DNA of 64,000 nucleotides from Minisyncoccia bacterium. Its GTDB lineage: Bacteria > Patescibacteriota > Minisyncoccia > Phycocordibacterales > UBA9973. Position 1 is the stretch's first letter. Each line of letters begins with the position of its first letter. Below, piece after piece: positions 1 through 13,302 of the stretch. Location: NCBI GenBank assembly GCA_965656375.1, contig CBFHKH010000001.1:514845-578844 (forward strand). Direction: 5' to 3'. Made by a program: the position numbers and the translations under genes. The notes below the pieces were generated by a model. The model was not told the DNA's origin. It did not search any database and worked only from the letters and a program-made list of their open reading frames with translations.

Positions 1-1329
1 GTAAACCGTCTGTTGTAGTACCTGAAGGAACGGACATTGCAGGAGTTCCGGCTATGTTTGCAGGTACAGTGAATAAATCAGACATATACATCGCAATAGG
101 ATCATTTGATTTTTCTCCGAATTTAAACGGTGGGAATGGAACCGTCGGAGTGATGATCGCATCTACATCTTTGAATACTTCTCGAAGTTCCGCTTTGATT
201 GATTCGCGAACTTGTACTGCTTTATTGTAGTACGCATCATAGTAACCATGCGAAAGAATATAGGTGCCGAGGAGGATACGACGTTTTACTTCCTTGCCGA
301 ATCCGTTACCACGGCTTTTCGCATAGACGTCATAGAGTTTTTCAGACTCAGCCGATACTCCATATCGTATACCATCATACCGAGCGAGGTTACTTGAAAC
401 TTCAGCTGGCATAACGATATAGTAGACAGCAAGTGAATATTTGATACGTGGAAGAGACACATCGACGAGTTCATAACCCGCATCTTTTAATTTCTGGCAA
501 CTCTCTTCGAAGTTCTTCATCACTTCTTCGTTTATACCATCACCAGAGAGAAATGATCGCGGGATGCCAAGGCGCTTCCGTTCCACTCCAGTTGTTCTTT
601 TCTCTTTTGGAATTGAGGTACTGTCATTTGCATCATAGTCATTTGTTGCATTGTAGAGAATTTCCACGTCGCGCACAGTTTTACCCATTGGACCTACTTG
701 GTCGAGCGAGCTCGCCATCGCAACGATACCAGAGCGTGAGATATTGCCATATGTCGGCTTCATACCGACGAGCCCAGTGAATGATGCAGGTTGTCGGATT
801 GATCCGCCCGTATCACTACCGAGCGACACAAGAGCTCCATCCATAGCAACTGCTGCAGCAGAGCCGCCAGATGTGCCGCCTGGAACATAGTCGCGATTGA
901 TAGGATTCCGTGTAATACCGTAGGCACTTGTTTCTGTCGAAGAACCCATAGCAAACTCATCCATGTTTGCACGTCCCATAATGATCGCACCCTGTGCTTT
1001 CAATTGTGTAACAACTGATGCATCGTATGTGGCTTTATAATTCTCCAAGATTTTTGATCCAGCTGATGCGATGTGACCCACGACGAGCATATTGTCCTTG
1101 AGCGCAACAGGAATACCAGTCATGAGTGTCGCAGTACCTCGTGCAAACATTGCTTCTGCAAGCTTGATCTGAACGTCGAGGTCATCATACACTTCAAGAT
1201 ATGCATTTATATCTGTATTCTTTTCTTTGATACCTTCGAGATACGCATTCACAAGATCAGTCACAGTAAAGTCACCATTTTTAAATGATTCATGCGCTTT
1301 TTCAATTGTAAGAGTTCGTAGATCGATCA
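1..1329 (-). CDS. gatA: Glu-tRNA(Gln)/Asp-tRNA(Asn) amidotransferase subunit A; the C-terminus runs off the window edge
   Basis: Minus-frame translation from the ATG at 1329 reads MIDLRTLTIEKAHESFKNGDFTVTDL... and contains the amidase signature GGSSGGSAAAVA plus the GSDTGGSIRQPAS motif. It lies immediately downstream of gatC. Confidence 0.85.
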
Positions 1330-1334
1330 TAGTA

Positions 1335-1610
1335 TTATAGAATTTGTTTTACTTTCAAAAAATTATCCTGAGAGTCAGGCATCTGTTTTACTATAGCATC
1401 TGTGTATGTACCGGTTGGGTTTGTGACAATATCATCACGCATGACATTCTCGAGGGTGTATTCTACCTCGCTCTCAGAGATCTTCACTTCCCCCACTTGA
1501 CCTACATATGCCAAAATCGGGTCAAATTCAGTGGCCATAGGGGCAAGCTCTTCCTCGCTCATATCTATCCGAGCCATAAGAGCCAACTTTTTAATATCGT
1601 TTAGTTGCAT
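1335..1610 (-). CDS. gatC: Glu-tRNA amidotransferase subunit C
   Basis: 91 aa (MQLNDIKKLALMARIDMSEEELAPMATEFDPIL...), typical GatC length and sequence, sitting directly upstream of gatA. Confidence 0.8.
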   Translation of the reverse strand: MQLNDIKKLALMARIDMSEEELAPMATEFDPILAYVGQVGEVKISESEVEYTLENVMRDDIVTNPTGTYTDAIVKQMPDSQDNFLKVKQIL

Positions 1611-1638
1611 ATGACTACAATAGCATATTTTTACTGTT

Positions 1639-4219
<2,581 letters not shown>

Positions 4220-4220
4220 A

Positions 4221-4820
4221 TTATTTTTGCCAATTCAAAAGACTGATAACGAGAGATCTCGAGCGTACGAGCTTGCCATTTTGCCACTCAACGGTGACTT
4301 TGACATCGATCTCGTCCGGTCGTTTCGGATTTACACTCATGAGGACTTGCCGTTTAAAATTACTCGGAATGCCCACAGTACGGTATGTATAGAAATCATT
4401 CCCAGAACCTGTTTCATCGTAATTGAGAATTGGGCAGTTCGTATTACCAAATGAGGATACCACATTACAGATCTTTGGAACGGAGAGTACATCAGCAGGC
4501 TCAATATAGCAACCACCTTTTGAATTAAATGGTTCGAAGCAGCCGCCTTGTCTATACTTATTCTCAAATAAATCCCATCCACCACCTGTAACTGGGTCAT
4601 TGTTTTGGAATGCGATAGTATCACGGTCATTGCGGATGGCATCTATCGCTTCTTGAGCAAGGTATGTTGCGGTAACTTCATTGCGAGAATATCGGGCAGA
4701 GAATAAGCTACCTGCAATGAGGGCAAAGAATCCGGAGAGTGCTGCAGTTAGTATGAAAACAGCGATCATCGTCTCGATCAGGGTAAAGCCTGTATTCATT
4801 TTTGTTTTATTGATTTTCAT
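4221..4820 (-). CDS. prepilin-type N-terminal cleavage/methylation domain protein (pseudopilin)
   Basis: MKINKTKMNTGFTLIETMIAVFILTAALSG: a G/FTLIE prepilin leader. The listed 331-aa ORF 4221..5216 carries a spurious 5' extension; the true start is at 4820 or 4799. Confidence 0.7.
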   Translation of the reverse strand: MKINKTKMNTGFTLIETMIAVFILTAALSGFFALIAGSLFSARYSRNEVTATYLAQEAIDAIRNDRDTIAFQNNDPVTGGGWDLFENKYRQGGCFEPFNSKGGCYIEPADVLSVPKICNVVSSFGNTNCPILNYDETGSGNDFYTYRTVGIPSNFKRQVLMSVNPKRPDEIDVKVTVEWQNGKLVRSRSLVISLLNWQK

Positions 4821-4824
4821 ATGA

Positions 4825-5433
4825 TTATTCGAGATTTCTTTGTGAAACATTTGTCTGGAGTGCGAATGACGTTGCCTCCCCCTTGATAGTAACAGTGCCT
4901 TTGATGATGATGTATACGCTCGGCTGTACTTTATCCAAAACATCAGAACCAGTAACAAAAAATTTGAGTGACTGTATGTCGATATCAGACGAAACAAGGT
5001 CAAGACAATCCGGATTACATCTTTGGAGTACATGGGTAGAGGCACTCTGGCCATTTGTAGTCGGACGAGTAGCAAGCATGTATGCGGTATCACGAGATCC
5101 TGCCGGATGAAGTGCAGGTGTAAAAATGATCGCACTACCACCTTGGGTGCCAAGCGAACAATCCATATTGGCAGGCGCTGGGAGTGATACGCCTGTAGTA
5201 GACGTAACACATACATAATCTCTTCCCATGCGAAGTGATCTCGTCATGCTTTCCATCGCGAAGTTTACATTGTCCATGGCAGTTCGAAATGCCTGGGACT
5301 TTTTGGCAGTATCGGATGTAGTAATAAGAGCTCCCATAGCCATAAGCATGATGATCATGAATATCGAAGTTGCTACCATGATCTCGATCAAGGTAAAGCC
5401 GGTATTTGTATGTGATCGTTTTGTATGTTTCAT
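4825..5433 (-). CDS. prepilin-type pseudopilin
   Basis: MKHTKRSHTNTGFTLIEIMVATSIFMIIM: a class III signal peptide with Glu at +5. Confidence 0.7.
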   Translation of the reverse strand: MKHTKRSHTNTGFTLIEIMVATSIFMIIMLMAMGALITTSDTAKKSQAFRTAMDNVNFAMESMTRSLRMGRDYVCVTSTTGVSLPAPANMDCSLGTQGGSAIIFTPALHPAGSRDTAYMLATRPTTNGQSASTHVLQRCNPDCLDLVSSDIDIQSLKFFVTGSDVLDKVQPSVYIIIKGTVTIKGEATSFALQTNVSQRNLE

Positions 5434-5434
5434 A

Positions 5435-6127
5435 TTATTTTATACTTATCTGACCAATATTCGATATCGTGATCGTCTTTCGATCTTCGCTCTTTAGATT
5501 CTTTACAATAATATCTACGCTTTTGAGTGGGTCGAGGCATGTCGCACCGCCTATGCCACTTGATGCGCAGATATATGCATCAGGATTCGGACGAAGAAAA
5601 ACAATGTCTACAGAAGTCGCAGTGCAGTTGCCTGGCTCACTATTAGGACAAATGAATTCTATCTCGTCTTCACTGATAATTCGAAGAAGATCTATGCATT
5701 CGTTGCCTGCGCGAAGCGTAGTAGTATCGCAGAGAGACTGCTGGCTCGCCTGATCATAATCATAGAGTTTATTCGGATTACCAAGTGAGTCCGGGATGTC
5801 GTTGAACAAGATAAAGGATTTATTTGAACCAGCGAGCTGATTTGGAGTGGTCTTGTTTGTCGAAAAGTGGATGCCATAGCCGTTTGCAAATGTCGAAAGA
5901 GAACTCCCTACCCCGATCGCCTGGCCTTGAGCTCTTCTGACAGAAAGTGCAATGTCATCGGCGAGATTTTGAAGAGAAACATTTGACCGGAATTTCCCGT
6001 AATCGAATATTGTAAGTCCCGCTACCAAGACAAATATACCGAGCACAACGAGAAGCTCAACGAGGGTCATTCCTCTTTGTAGAGATTGATTACGGGTATA
6101 TTTTTGAGGGCGCAGTTTCTTGTTCAT
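5435..6127 (-). CDS. prepilin-type pseudopilin
   Basis: N-terminus ...LQRGMTLVELLVVLGIFVLVAGL, a prepilin leader followed by a hydrophobic helix. Confidence 0.65.
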   Translation of the reverse strand: MNKKLRPQKYTRNQSLQRGMTLVELLVVLGIFVLVAGLTIFDYGKFRSNVSLQNLADDIALSVRRAQGQAIGVGSSLSTFANGYGIHFSTNKTTPNQLAGSNKSFILFNDIPDSLGNPNKLYDYDQASQQSLCDTTTLRAGNECIDLLRIISEDEIEFICPNSEPGNCTATSVDIVFLRPNPDAYICASSGIGGATCLDPLKSVDIIVKNLKSEDRKTITISNIGQISIK

Positions 6128-6130
6128 ATA

Positions 6131-6943
6131 TTAAAAGTGAAATGCTTTGACGAGAGAGAATATATCAAGATCAAATAAAAGGACAATCAGTGTGCTCAAT
6201 ATCAAAAACGGAGCAAACGGTATCTCTGTCTTCATGGTCATCTTGTGACGAGAGAAGAACATAATACCAAGACTCACAATAGCCCCGATCCAAAATGAAA
6301 GCGTTAAGACAGCAAATGTTGCAAGTGGTCCCAACATCCACCCGATACCCAAGATGAGCTTCGCATCTCCGAGACCCATCCATCGTCCGCGCGATACAAG
6401 CCACAGAAGTGCAAATGGTAATGCAAAGAGCGGACCAGATACAAGAGAAAGGAGAGATGGCATCACAAAGAGTGGGCCTATACCAGTGTGATTCACAAAA
6501 ATTGAAAAAAGAGAAACGATCGCATACATATATACAAGTCGATCTGGGATGATCTTGTGTCTCATATCATATACAGTTATAACCATGAGGAGGGAGAAGA
6601 TGAAAGAGAACAGACATACAAGGAATACATATGCGCCTTGTGAAAACGCGAGTACATCCATAAAACGAAATGCAATGAGCGCAAAGAGTATTCCAGTTCC
6701 AAACTCTACAAGCGGATACTGATGCGAGATGGTCTTTGCACAACGGCGACACTTCCCTCCCTGAATAAGAAAGCTCACGACGGGAATGAGTTCATACCAG
6801 CGAAGCGTATGATTGCATGTCATGCAGATAGATCGGCCTGTTGTAATCGATTTGCCAGAATTAAATCTATAAATAACTACATTTAAGAAACTACCTATTA
6901 TCGTACCGAGGAGGATGATAAAGATAAATGCAAGTATATACAT
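6131..6943 (-). CDS. pilD: prepilin peptidase (A24 family)
   Basis: 270-aa polytopic membrane protein with N-terminal CxxC...CxxC (CMTCNH...CRRCAK) and the catalytic-region motif WMGLGDAKLILGIG. Confidence 0.85.
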   Translation of the reverse strand: MYILAFIFIILLGTIIGSFLNVVIYRFNSGKSITTGRSICMTCNHTLRWYELIPVVSFLIQGGKCRRCAKTISHQYPLVEFGTGILFALIAFRFMDVLAFSQGAYVFLVCLFSFIFSLLMVITVYDMRHKIIPDRLVYMYAIVSLFSIFVNHTGIGPLFVMPSLLSLVSGPLFALPFALLWLVSRGRWMGLGDAKLILGIGWMLGPLATFAVLTLSFWIGAIVSLGIMFFSRHKMTMKTEIPFAPFLILSTLIVLLFDLDIFSLVKAFHF

Positions 6944-6990
6944 GCACTGATTATATCATGTATATGACAAAGAGAATACATCCTAAAAAC

Positions 6991-7020
6991 AAAAAACACT
7001 CCAAAAGGAGTGGTTTTTGT
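6991..7020 (-). terminator. rho-independent terminator downstream of pilA
   Basis: Hairpin CACTCC-aaaa-GGAGTG followed by a T-run on the minus strand, just 3' of the pilA stop. Confidence 0.6.
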
Positions 7021-7035
7021 TAAATAGAGAATCTA

Positions 7036-7488
7036 TTAGTTACAAGCTGTTGCACCTGCAACCTTCGCACCAGCGCCAGATACACCCTGGTATGGAAGAG
7101 CATATGACTTTGAGACACCAGTACTGTCAACACAGTATGATGTGTTTGCTGAGACTCCGTTTGCTGAAACTGCCCATGCTGTCGCACTGTTTGCACAGTC
7201 TTTTGATGTAGTGATAGCAGTAAGGAGTGTAGCGAGTGAGTTTGTACCCTGGAACAATGAGCCAGATGTTGTACATGATGTACCAGCTGTACCGTAGCTG
7301 TTTGCTCCTGTTGTACTGTAATACAATTCAGCTTGTGCTCTCATACTTGAAAGCTGTGACTGAATCGCTGCGTCCTGACCCTTTGAACGTGCACTAGAGA
7401 GTGCTGCAAGCACGACTGATGCCAAGATACCGATGATTGCAATAACAACCAAAAGTTCGATAAGCGTAAAACCTTTTTGTTTATTCAT
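7036..7488 (-). CDS. pilA: type IV major pilin
   Basis: MNKQKGFTLIELLVVIAIIGILASVVLAAL, then a Ser/Thr/Gly/Ala-rich variable region and C-terminal cysteines; 150 aa. Confidence 0.85.
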   Translation of the reverse strand: MNKQKGFTLIELLVVIAIIGILASVVLAALSSARSKGQDAAIQSQLSSMRAQAELYYSTTGANSYGTAGTSCTTSGSLFQGTNSLATLLTAITTSKDCANSATAWAVSANGVSANTSYCVDSTGVSKSYALPYQGVSGAGAKVAGATACN

Positions 7489-7611
7489 ACTAAAATTTAA
7501 TTCTATTAATTGTGTCTTTGTATAAAGACGCGACCTTATTTTTAATATCCCTATTATATCATAGAACCTTTTAAAAAGTGCAATAGAGAGCCTCTCTGTG
7601 GATATCTTCTT

Positions 7612-8820
7612 CTATCCGATACCTCCGGCAATATTGTAAATCGGCATCAGTACTGATGTAAGAAGTAGACCTACACCTACTCCAAGAGCGACGATCATAA
7701 GTGGCTCGATCAAGCCCACCAAGGTATCTACCGCTTCATTCACCTCACGAGCATAGAAGTGGCCAAGTGTTTTTAAGATATTGCCAAGGGAACCCGTCTC
7801 TTCACCGACACGGATCATTCCGGTCATGATAGAGGGAATTTCCGGATGATGCGACAGCGCATCAGAGAGCGAACTACCACTCTTCACTGCTTCGGTAGAC
7901 TGCTTGAGAATGTCTTCGAAGATTCTGTTACCTACCACTCCTCCAGTGAGCTCGATAGCACGAATGATCGGAATACCTGATGAGAGCATCGTATCCATAT
8001 TGTCTGAAATACGAGAGAGATAGAGCTTTGTATAGATATTCTTGAATATCGGAGTAGAAATCTTCAATCGATCAAGATAGTGACGACCTGACTTTGATTT
8101 TGCAAGTCGAACCATATAGAGAATAAAAATGATCAAGCCAATAAGTAGGAATATTCCGTAATGAACCAGGAGGTTACTGAGTCCGAGGACGATCTGTGTA
8201 CTCCATGGTATTTCCTGTCCTGATTCCTTGATGATGACTGCGAGTCGCGGCACGATGAATACGAACATGAGTGTCATCACGAGAATGAATACTCCGATAA
8301 CGAATGCCGGATAAATGAGCGCATTCTTGGTCTTTGAAGTAAGCTGGTACTGACGATCAAGATACTCAGCCAAATATGCGAATACTTGCGTAAGCTTTCC
8401 CGATTCTTCACCAGACTTGACCATGTTCACATAGAAATCCGAAAATACCTGCGGATGTTTTGCTAATGCTCCTGAAATAGAGACTCCTGAAGAAATATCT
8501 TCGGATACGGTGTTTAAGATCTTTACCAAATTTGGATTCTCGGTATTCGTTGCAAGGAGGTTGAATGCTTTGAGCGCTGAAACTTGTGCTTCGAATAGTG
8601 TCGAGATCTGTCGTGACATGATAACGACATCTTTCATCGGCACACCTTTATCAAAAAATGTTATTGACTGCCATCCCTTTTTTGCTCCTTCTTCAGCAAC
8701 TGACAATACAATGAGTCCGCGACGCTGAATGGCAGCTATCGCCAAATCCTTGGAACTCGCATCGACGGTTCCCTTCTTTTTTTCACCTGTACTTGTGATA
8801 GCGTCGTATGTAAATAGCAT
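7612..8820 (-). CDS. pilC: type IV pilus inner-membrane platform protein (GspF family)
   Basis: 402 aa with two GspF repeats and a C-terminus ...PLMIVALGVGVGLLLTSVLMPIYNIAGGIG. Confidence 0.9.
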   Translation of the reverse strand: MLFTYDAITSTGEKKKGTVDASSKDLAIAAIQRRGLIVLSVAEEGAKKGWQSITFFDKGVPMKDVVIMSRQISTLFEAQVSALKAFNLLATNTENPNLVKILNTVSEDISSGVSISGALAKHPQVFSDFYVNMVKSGEESGKLTQVFAYLAEYLDRQYQLTSKTKNALIYPAFVIGVFILVMTLMFVFIVPRLAVIIKESGQEIPWSTQIVLGLSNLLVHYGIFLLIGLIIFILYMVRLAKSKSGRHYLDRLKISTPIFKNIYTKLYLSRISDNMDTMLSSGIPIIRAIELTGGVVGNRIFEDILKQSTEAVKSGSSLSDALSHHPEIPSIMTGMIRVGEETGSLGNILKTLGHFYAREVNEAVDTLVGLIEPLMIVALGVGVGLLLTSVLMPIYNIAGGIG

Positions 8821-8825
8821 ATAGA

Positions 8826-9884
8826 TTAGAGCATGCGCTCGAGCGCCTTAGGATTAATAGAGTATTGATACGCACTTTCCATGCTAATCTCCCCTTTTTG
8901 AACGAGTTCGATGAGAGATCTATTCATATCTACCATGCCTTCTCCTGAAGAAGTCTCGATGACGTTATTTATTTCGTGTGTGCGCTTTTCACGGATAAGA
9001 TTTGATACGGCATTGTTGTTGATCAGAAGCTCGTATGCTGGAATACGGCCACCTGCTACGCGCGGGATAAGTCTTTGTGAAAATACGGCAATCAAACTCG
9101 AAGCAAGCTGAAGCCTGATCTGATCCTGCTGACTCGGTGGGAATGAATCGATGATACGATCGATAGTTTGAGAAGCATTGTTTGTGTGGAGCGTCGAGAG
9201 GACGAGGTGTCCCGTCTCTGCAGCAGTCACTGCAGCTGCGATCGTCTCTGGGTTTCGCATTTCACCGATAAAGATAACGTTCACATCTTCACGGAATACT
9301 GACTTGAGGGCTCCAGAGAAATCCTTCGTATCGATACCAACTTCACGCTGATCAATAATAGACTGATCAGGTTCATATACGAATTCGATAGGATCCTCGA
9401 TAGTAACAATGTGTGCTGCGCGCTCTTTGTTGATCTTGTTGAGCATAGTCGAGAGTGTCGTAGATTTTCCTTGCCCTACAGGACCAACAACAAGGAAGAA
9501 TCCTTGCTTCTTGTCTGCGAAAGACTGAAGAATCGGAGGAAGATTTAATTCTTCAAATGATTTGGCCTTTGGTATGAGTCGAAACGCGATTGAAATATTC
9601 CCACGCTGGAAAAATGCGTTACCTCGCAAGTGAGTCATACTATCAAGCGTATATGAAAAGTCTGCCTCTTTCTCTTCCATGAATGCTTTTGTCTTCTCTG
9701 TACCGAGGATAACAGTAAGCATACCCTCCATATCTTCATTCGTAAGTGGATTCTTGTTGGCCAGGAAGATAAGCTGTCCATCAACACGGATTGCAGGCTT
9801 GCGACCTGCTCCGAGGTGGAGATCAGATCCGTTTTCATGCATGAGACTAGTGAGCAATTCGTTGAGAAGTTTTGAGTAATCCAT
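8826..9884 (-). CDS. pilT: twitching-motility retraction ATPase
   Basis: 352 aa; Walker A GPVGQGKSTT, plus the PilT-family His and Asp box regions. Confidence 0.9.
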   Translation of the reverse strand: MDYSKLLNELLTSLMHENGSDLHLGAGRKPAIRVDGQLIFLANKNPLTNEDMEGMLTVILGTEKTKAFMEEKEADFSYTLDSMTHLRGNAFFQRGNISIAFRLIPKAKSFEELNLPPILQSFADKKQGFFLVVGPVGQGKSTTLSTMLNKINKERAAHIVTIEDPIEFVYEPDQSIIDQREVGIDTKDFSGALKSVFREDVNVIFIGEMRNPETIAAAVTAAETGHLVLSTLHTNNASQTIDRIIDSFPPSQQDQIRLQLASSLIAVFSQRLIPRVAGGRIPAYELLINNNAVSNLIREKRTHEINNVIETSSGEGMVDMNRSLIELVQKGEISMESAYQYSINPKALERML

Positions 9885-9896
9885 AGTATGTAAATA

Positions 9897-10286
9897 TTAT
9901 TTATGAAGATCCTTTATAATTTCATTCACCTTATCTATAACTTCTGAAGGTGTGCTTGATGCTTTGACGATATATCCGGCTGCTCCGAGCGATTCCCCGC
10001 GTGCAATATCTGATGGCTGACCGCGATTCGAGAGTATTACCCGGATGGAGTTTTGTGAGAGCTTTTCTTCATTCATCTTCTCCATAAGTTCGAACCCATC
10101 CATAACCGGCATGACGATATCAAGGAGTATCACATCAGGAGTAAGTCCTCCGTGGAATTTTTCAAGTGCTTGCACAGGACCAAGCGCAGTAGTGACATCA
10201 AAATTCGACTGATTAAACTTGAGTGCGTACATGTCGAGCAGAAAGCTATCATCATCGATAATCAAGATTTTCTTTTTTCCTTCCAT
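9897..10286 (-). CDS. single-domain response regulator (receiver only) embedded in the pilus locus
   Basis: 129 aa: KILIIDDDSFLLDMY...DVILLDIVMPVMDGFEL...; CheY-like with a conserved Asp pocket. Confidence 0.8.
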   Translation of the reverse strand: MEGKKKILIIDDDSFLLDMYALKFNQSNFDVTTALGPVQALEKFHGGLTPDVILLDIVMPVMDGFELMEKMNEEKLSQNSIRVILSNRGQPSDIARGESLGAAGYIVKASSTPSEVIDKVNEIIKDLHK

Positions 10287-10328
10287 ATAAAGATATTATA
10301 GTATAGTCATGCGCGTTTGCCTATACAT

Positions 10329-12065
10329 CTAGAAGTTATAGACTTCTTGGAATGGAATATCACCCTTCAAAGCTTTTAGAATCGCGTCTTCACGGATAGA
10401 GAGCATGCCGCGTTCGCGTGCAAGCTTGTATATCTCCTGTTCTTGTGGCCGTTTCAAGATAACTTCTTGCATCGCCTTGTCTATAGAAAACATTTCGAAA
10501 ACAGGAATTCTCCCACGCATACCAGACGGGCATTCAGGCGATGGAATCGCTTCATAGACGCTCCCATCAAGCTTTAATTTCTCTTTGAATTGTGGAGGCA
10601 GGTCTGCAAACTGCTTGTCTATGATGATACGAGTTGCATCATCGATCGGTATCTCATGTTTGGAACCTGGATAGATACGGCGAGCAAGTCGCTGCGCAAT
10701 ACAGAGTGTAAGCGTTGGGGCAATCAGATATGGATCAATGCCCATATCGATCAAGCGTGGAATCGCACCAACCGAAGAGTTTGTGTGGAGCGTCGAGAGG
10801 ACGAGGTGTCCGGTAAGTGCAGCTTGAATAGCAAGCTCGGCAGTTTCTTTATCACGGATTTCTCCCACGTAAATAATGTCGGGGTCCTGACGCAGTATTG
10901 AACGAAGTCCTGATGCAAATGTATAGCCGATCTCCGGTGTGACTTGAGACTGATTGATACCATCGATATGGTATTCGACTGGATCTTCGAGTGAGACAAT
11001 ATTCTTCTCTTCGTGATCAAGCTCACCGAGCATCGAGTAGAGTGTCGTTGTCTTACCGGAACCTGTCGGACCAGTGATCAATATCAACCCATATGGTTTC
11101 TTTAGTGCATCACGAACAAGAGCGAGATTATCCTCTGAGAGGTCAAGAGAATCTACGGGGAAAATACCTCTTTGTGAATCAAGAATACGCATCACGATCT
11201 TCTCGCCATAGTATGACGGCATCGTTGAGACACGAAAGTCAATCTTGCGTCCATCTATCTTTGCGGAGAAACCACCATCTTGCGGTTTGCGCTTTTCATC
11301 GAGGCGCAATTTAGCGAGAATTTTGATACGCGCAACGACACCATTGTATACATTGATAGGAAGGACGAGCGATGTATGGAGAACACCATCGACACGAAAT
11401 CTGACTTTTACTTTATCACCTACATTTTCAATATGAATATCTGACGCCTGACCTTCTGTTGCATGGCGTAGGATAACTGCAACGATCTTGATGATCGGTG
11501 CATCTTCGACGATTCTCTCTTCTTCACCAGGCTTGAGTGTGTCTGATGTCTTTATATTTGTCTCGACAGTCACTCCCTCACTATCTCCATCTGCAATTTC
11601 ATTATCAAGTTCAGAAAGTGCTTGATCAACTTCGTTGCCCAGGCCTTCATACATTTCGAGAAGCTTATTGTAGGCTGATGCAGTGATAAGGAATAATTTG
11701 AACGGCTTATTGATACGAGCAGTGATAAATGTGAGGGCATCCATTGCCTGAACATTTTCCGGATCAATGATACCGATTTCAATAGCGCTATCGCTTACTC
11801 CGATCGGCACAAAGTGGTAAATACGTGCAGCGTCGACAGGGATCAGTTTGAGCGTCGATGGTGAAACAGTCTTCGGATCAATTTCTTTTGAAGGAATATT
11901 AAAAAGTGCTGCCTTTGCTTCGAGGATCTTTTGTTCATTTATATTGAAATCAAGAAGCGCTTGATCAACGCTTCCTGCATATTTATCAAGAGCGATCTTC
12001 TCTATTTCGGCTATTTGTCCTTCTTTGAGAAGCCCGCGTTTTAGTAGCTCATCGAGAAGTACCAT
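10329..12065 (-). CDS. pilB: type IV pilus assembly ATPase (GspE family)
   Basis: 578 aa with an N-terminal GSPII_E_N-like region and Walker A GPTGSGKTTTLYSML. Confidence 0.9.
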   Translation of the reverse strand: MVLLDELLKRGLLKEGQIAEIEKIALDKYAGSVDQALLDFNINEQKILEAKAALFNIPSKEIDPKTVSPSTLKLIPVDAARIYHFVPIGVSDSAIEIGIIDPENVQAMDALTFITARINKPFKLFLITASAYNKLLEMYEGLGNEVDQALSELDNEIADGDSEGVTVETNIKTSDTLKPGEEERIVEDAPIIKIVAVILRHATEGQASDIHIENVGDKVKVRFRVDGVLHTSLVLPINVYNGVVARIKILAKLRLDEKRKPQDGGFSAKIDGRKIDFRVSTMPSYYGEKIVMRILDSQRGIFPVDSLDLSEDNLALVRDALKKPYGLILITGPTGSGKTTTLYSMLGELDHEEKNIVSLEDPVEYHIDGINQSQVTPEIGYTFASGLRSILRQDPDIIYVGEIRDKETAELAIQAALTGHLVLSTLHTNSSVGAIPRLIDMGIDPYLIAPTLTLCIAQRLARRIYPGSKHEIPIDDATRIIIDKQFADLPPQFKEKLKLDGSVYEAIPSPECPSGMRGRIPVFEMFSIDKAMQEVILKRPQEQEIYKLARERGMLSIREDAILKALKGDIPFQEVYNF

Positions 12066-12067
12066 GG

Positions 12068-12709
12068 CTATTGTGTCTCGAACGTTACTATCTCACCATA
12101 GACTGGTGTGCCGTTTATTTTGGCAACAGCACGATAGAAATACGTTGTTTTAGGTGTTAATCCACTGATCGTGGTGACAAATGTACCAATGAGAGAAGGT
12201 GTAGCCTGAGGCGTAACCTTGCCGAGTGTTGGAGTAGGACCATATTCAAAATATGTATTTGTAACTTGAGTCGATGAATCGATCGTACCACTTAATACTG
12301 CAGTCTTTGTAGCAATTTTTACAGGAGCATCTGTGGTAACTGGCGAAGCAAGTGCACCATCCCCTACGGTATATGCATCGATCGGAGCAAATGGGTTCGG
12401 TCGTCCAGTTTCTACTTGTTCGAGTGCCACGGTATTGTCATTGAGTCTTTGGAAGGCGATGTTGTCGAAAAGCGATGTATCAATTTTCAGTTTTGTAAGT
12501 GAAGTGAGTGAGAGAAGAAATGCAGTGTCAACGGATATCTGGTCATTTGAAGTAGTCGCTGCCTGGAGTGGAGATGCTCCGCTTTGCGATGCTACTGATG
12601 AGGTAGGAGCTGCCGCTTGAACATTGAGATTTGCATCAAAATATACATAGACTCCCAAAAAGAGGAGAATGACCGCAAATGCTATTAGAAATGTATTGTG
12701 TTTGTTCAT
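12068..12709 (-). CDS. membrane-anchored hypothetical protein in the pilus operon
   Basis: 213 aa with an N-terminal TM helix and a Thr/Ser-rich extracytoplasmic region; position suggests a PilP-like role, which is unproven. Confidence 0.35.
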   Translation of the reverse strand: MNKHNTFLIAFAVILLFLGVYVYFDANLNVQAAAPTSSVASQSGASPLQAATTSNDQISVDTAFLLSLTSLTKLKIDTSLFDNIAFQRLNDNTVALEQVETGRPNPFAPIDAYTVGDGALASPVTTDAPVKIATKTAVLSGTIDSSTQVTNTYFEYGPTPTLGKVTPQATPSLIGTFVTTISGLTPKTTYFYRAVAKINGTPVYGEIVTFETQ

Positions 12710-12710
12710 A

Positions 12711-13301
12711 TTATTTTAGCCAATATGTTTCAACTTTTAATGTGTAGGTATAAATATCCGGATTAACTCCGACGCCTGCAGGCTGCGGTGGGACGGTAAA
12801 GGCAATCGATTTTACATCCACAAGGCGTAGATTATGCTCGATATCTGTGAGGAATGCTGCAAATGTCTCGTACGTACCTTCTGTAGTGAACTCAATCGGG
12901 AATATTCCATACGGCTTCGATGCTGCTGGGTCATTCGAAACAATGACAGTTCCTGCTGTAGCTGCTTTCGCGAGATCCGCCTTTGCTGGATCGAACTTGA
13001 TATTCTTTATTGGCATACTGTGGAGGCTCGCGATCTGCTCTATCTCCAATATAAAGCGAATGTTGTTGACAGTATTCGGAAGGAAGTGAAGCAGTCGCTC
13101 TTTATCACTTTCAGTTATGTTCTTGTAGGTATCAACGAGGGAGTCACGAGTCTTCTCGAGTTCTTTTGAATGATCAAGCGCAGTGTTGTACGTAGCGACA
13201 TCACCTCGCAACTTTGATACATCATCATAGAGCGGATTAACCACTGAGAAAAAGAGGAGTCCGGAAATTATTATGAATGATAGTGGAAAGATAAATCTCA
13301 T
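12711..13301 (-). CDS. PilO-like pilus assembly protein
   Basis: 196 aa with an N-terminal TM and a coiled-coil region, sitting in the gene-order slot after the pilN-like gene. Confidence 0.45.
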   Translation of the reverse strand: MRFIFPLSFIIISGLLFFSVVNPLYDDVSKLRGDVATYNTALDHSKELEKTRDSLVDTYKNITESDKERLLHFLPNTVNNIRFILEIEQIASLHSMPIKNIKFDPAKADLAKAATAGTVIVSNDPAASKPYGIFPIEFTTEGTYETFAAFLTDIEHNLRLVDVKSIAFTVPPQPAGVGVNPDIYTYTLKVETYWLK

Positions 13302-13302
13302 A

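Noticed and set aside
4221-5216. 331-aa reading of the pseudopilin ORF
   Set aside because: The first approx 130 aa overlap the upstream pseudopilin gene and lack a prepilin leader; the conserved GFTLIE leader begins at the internal Met (4820 or 4799).
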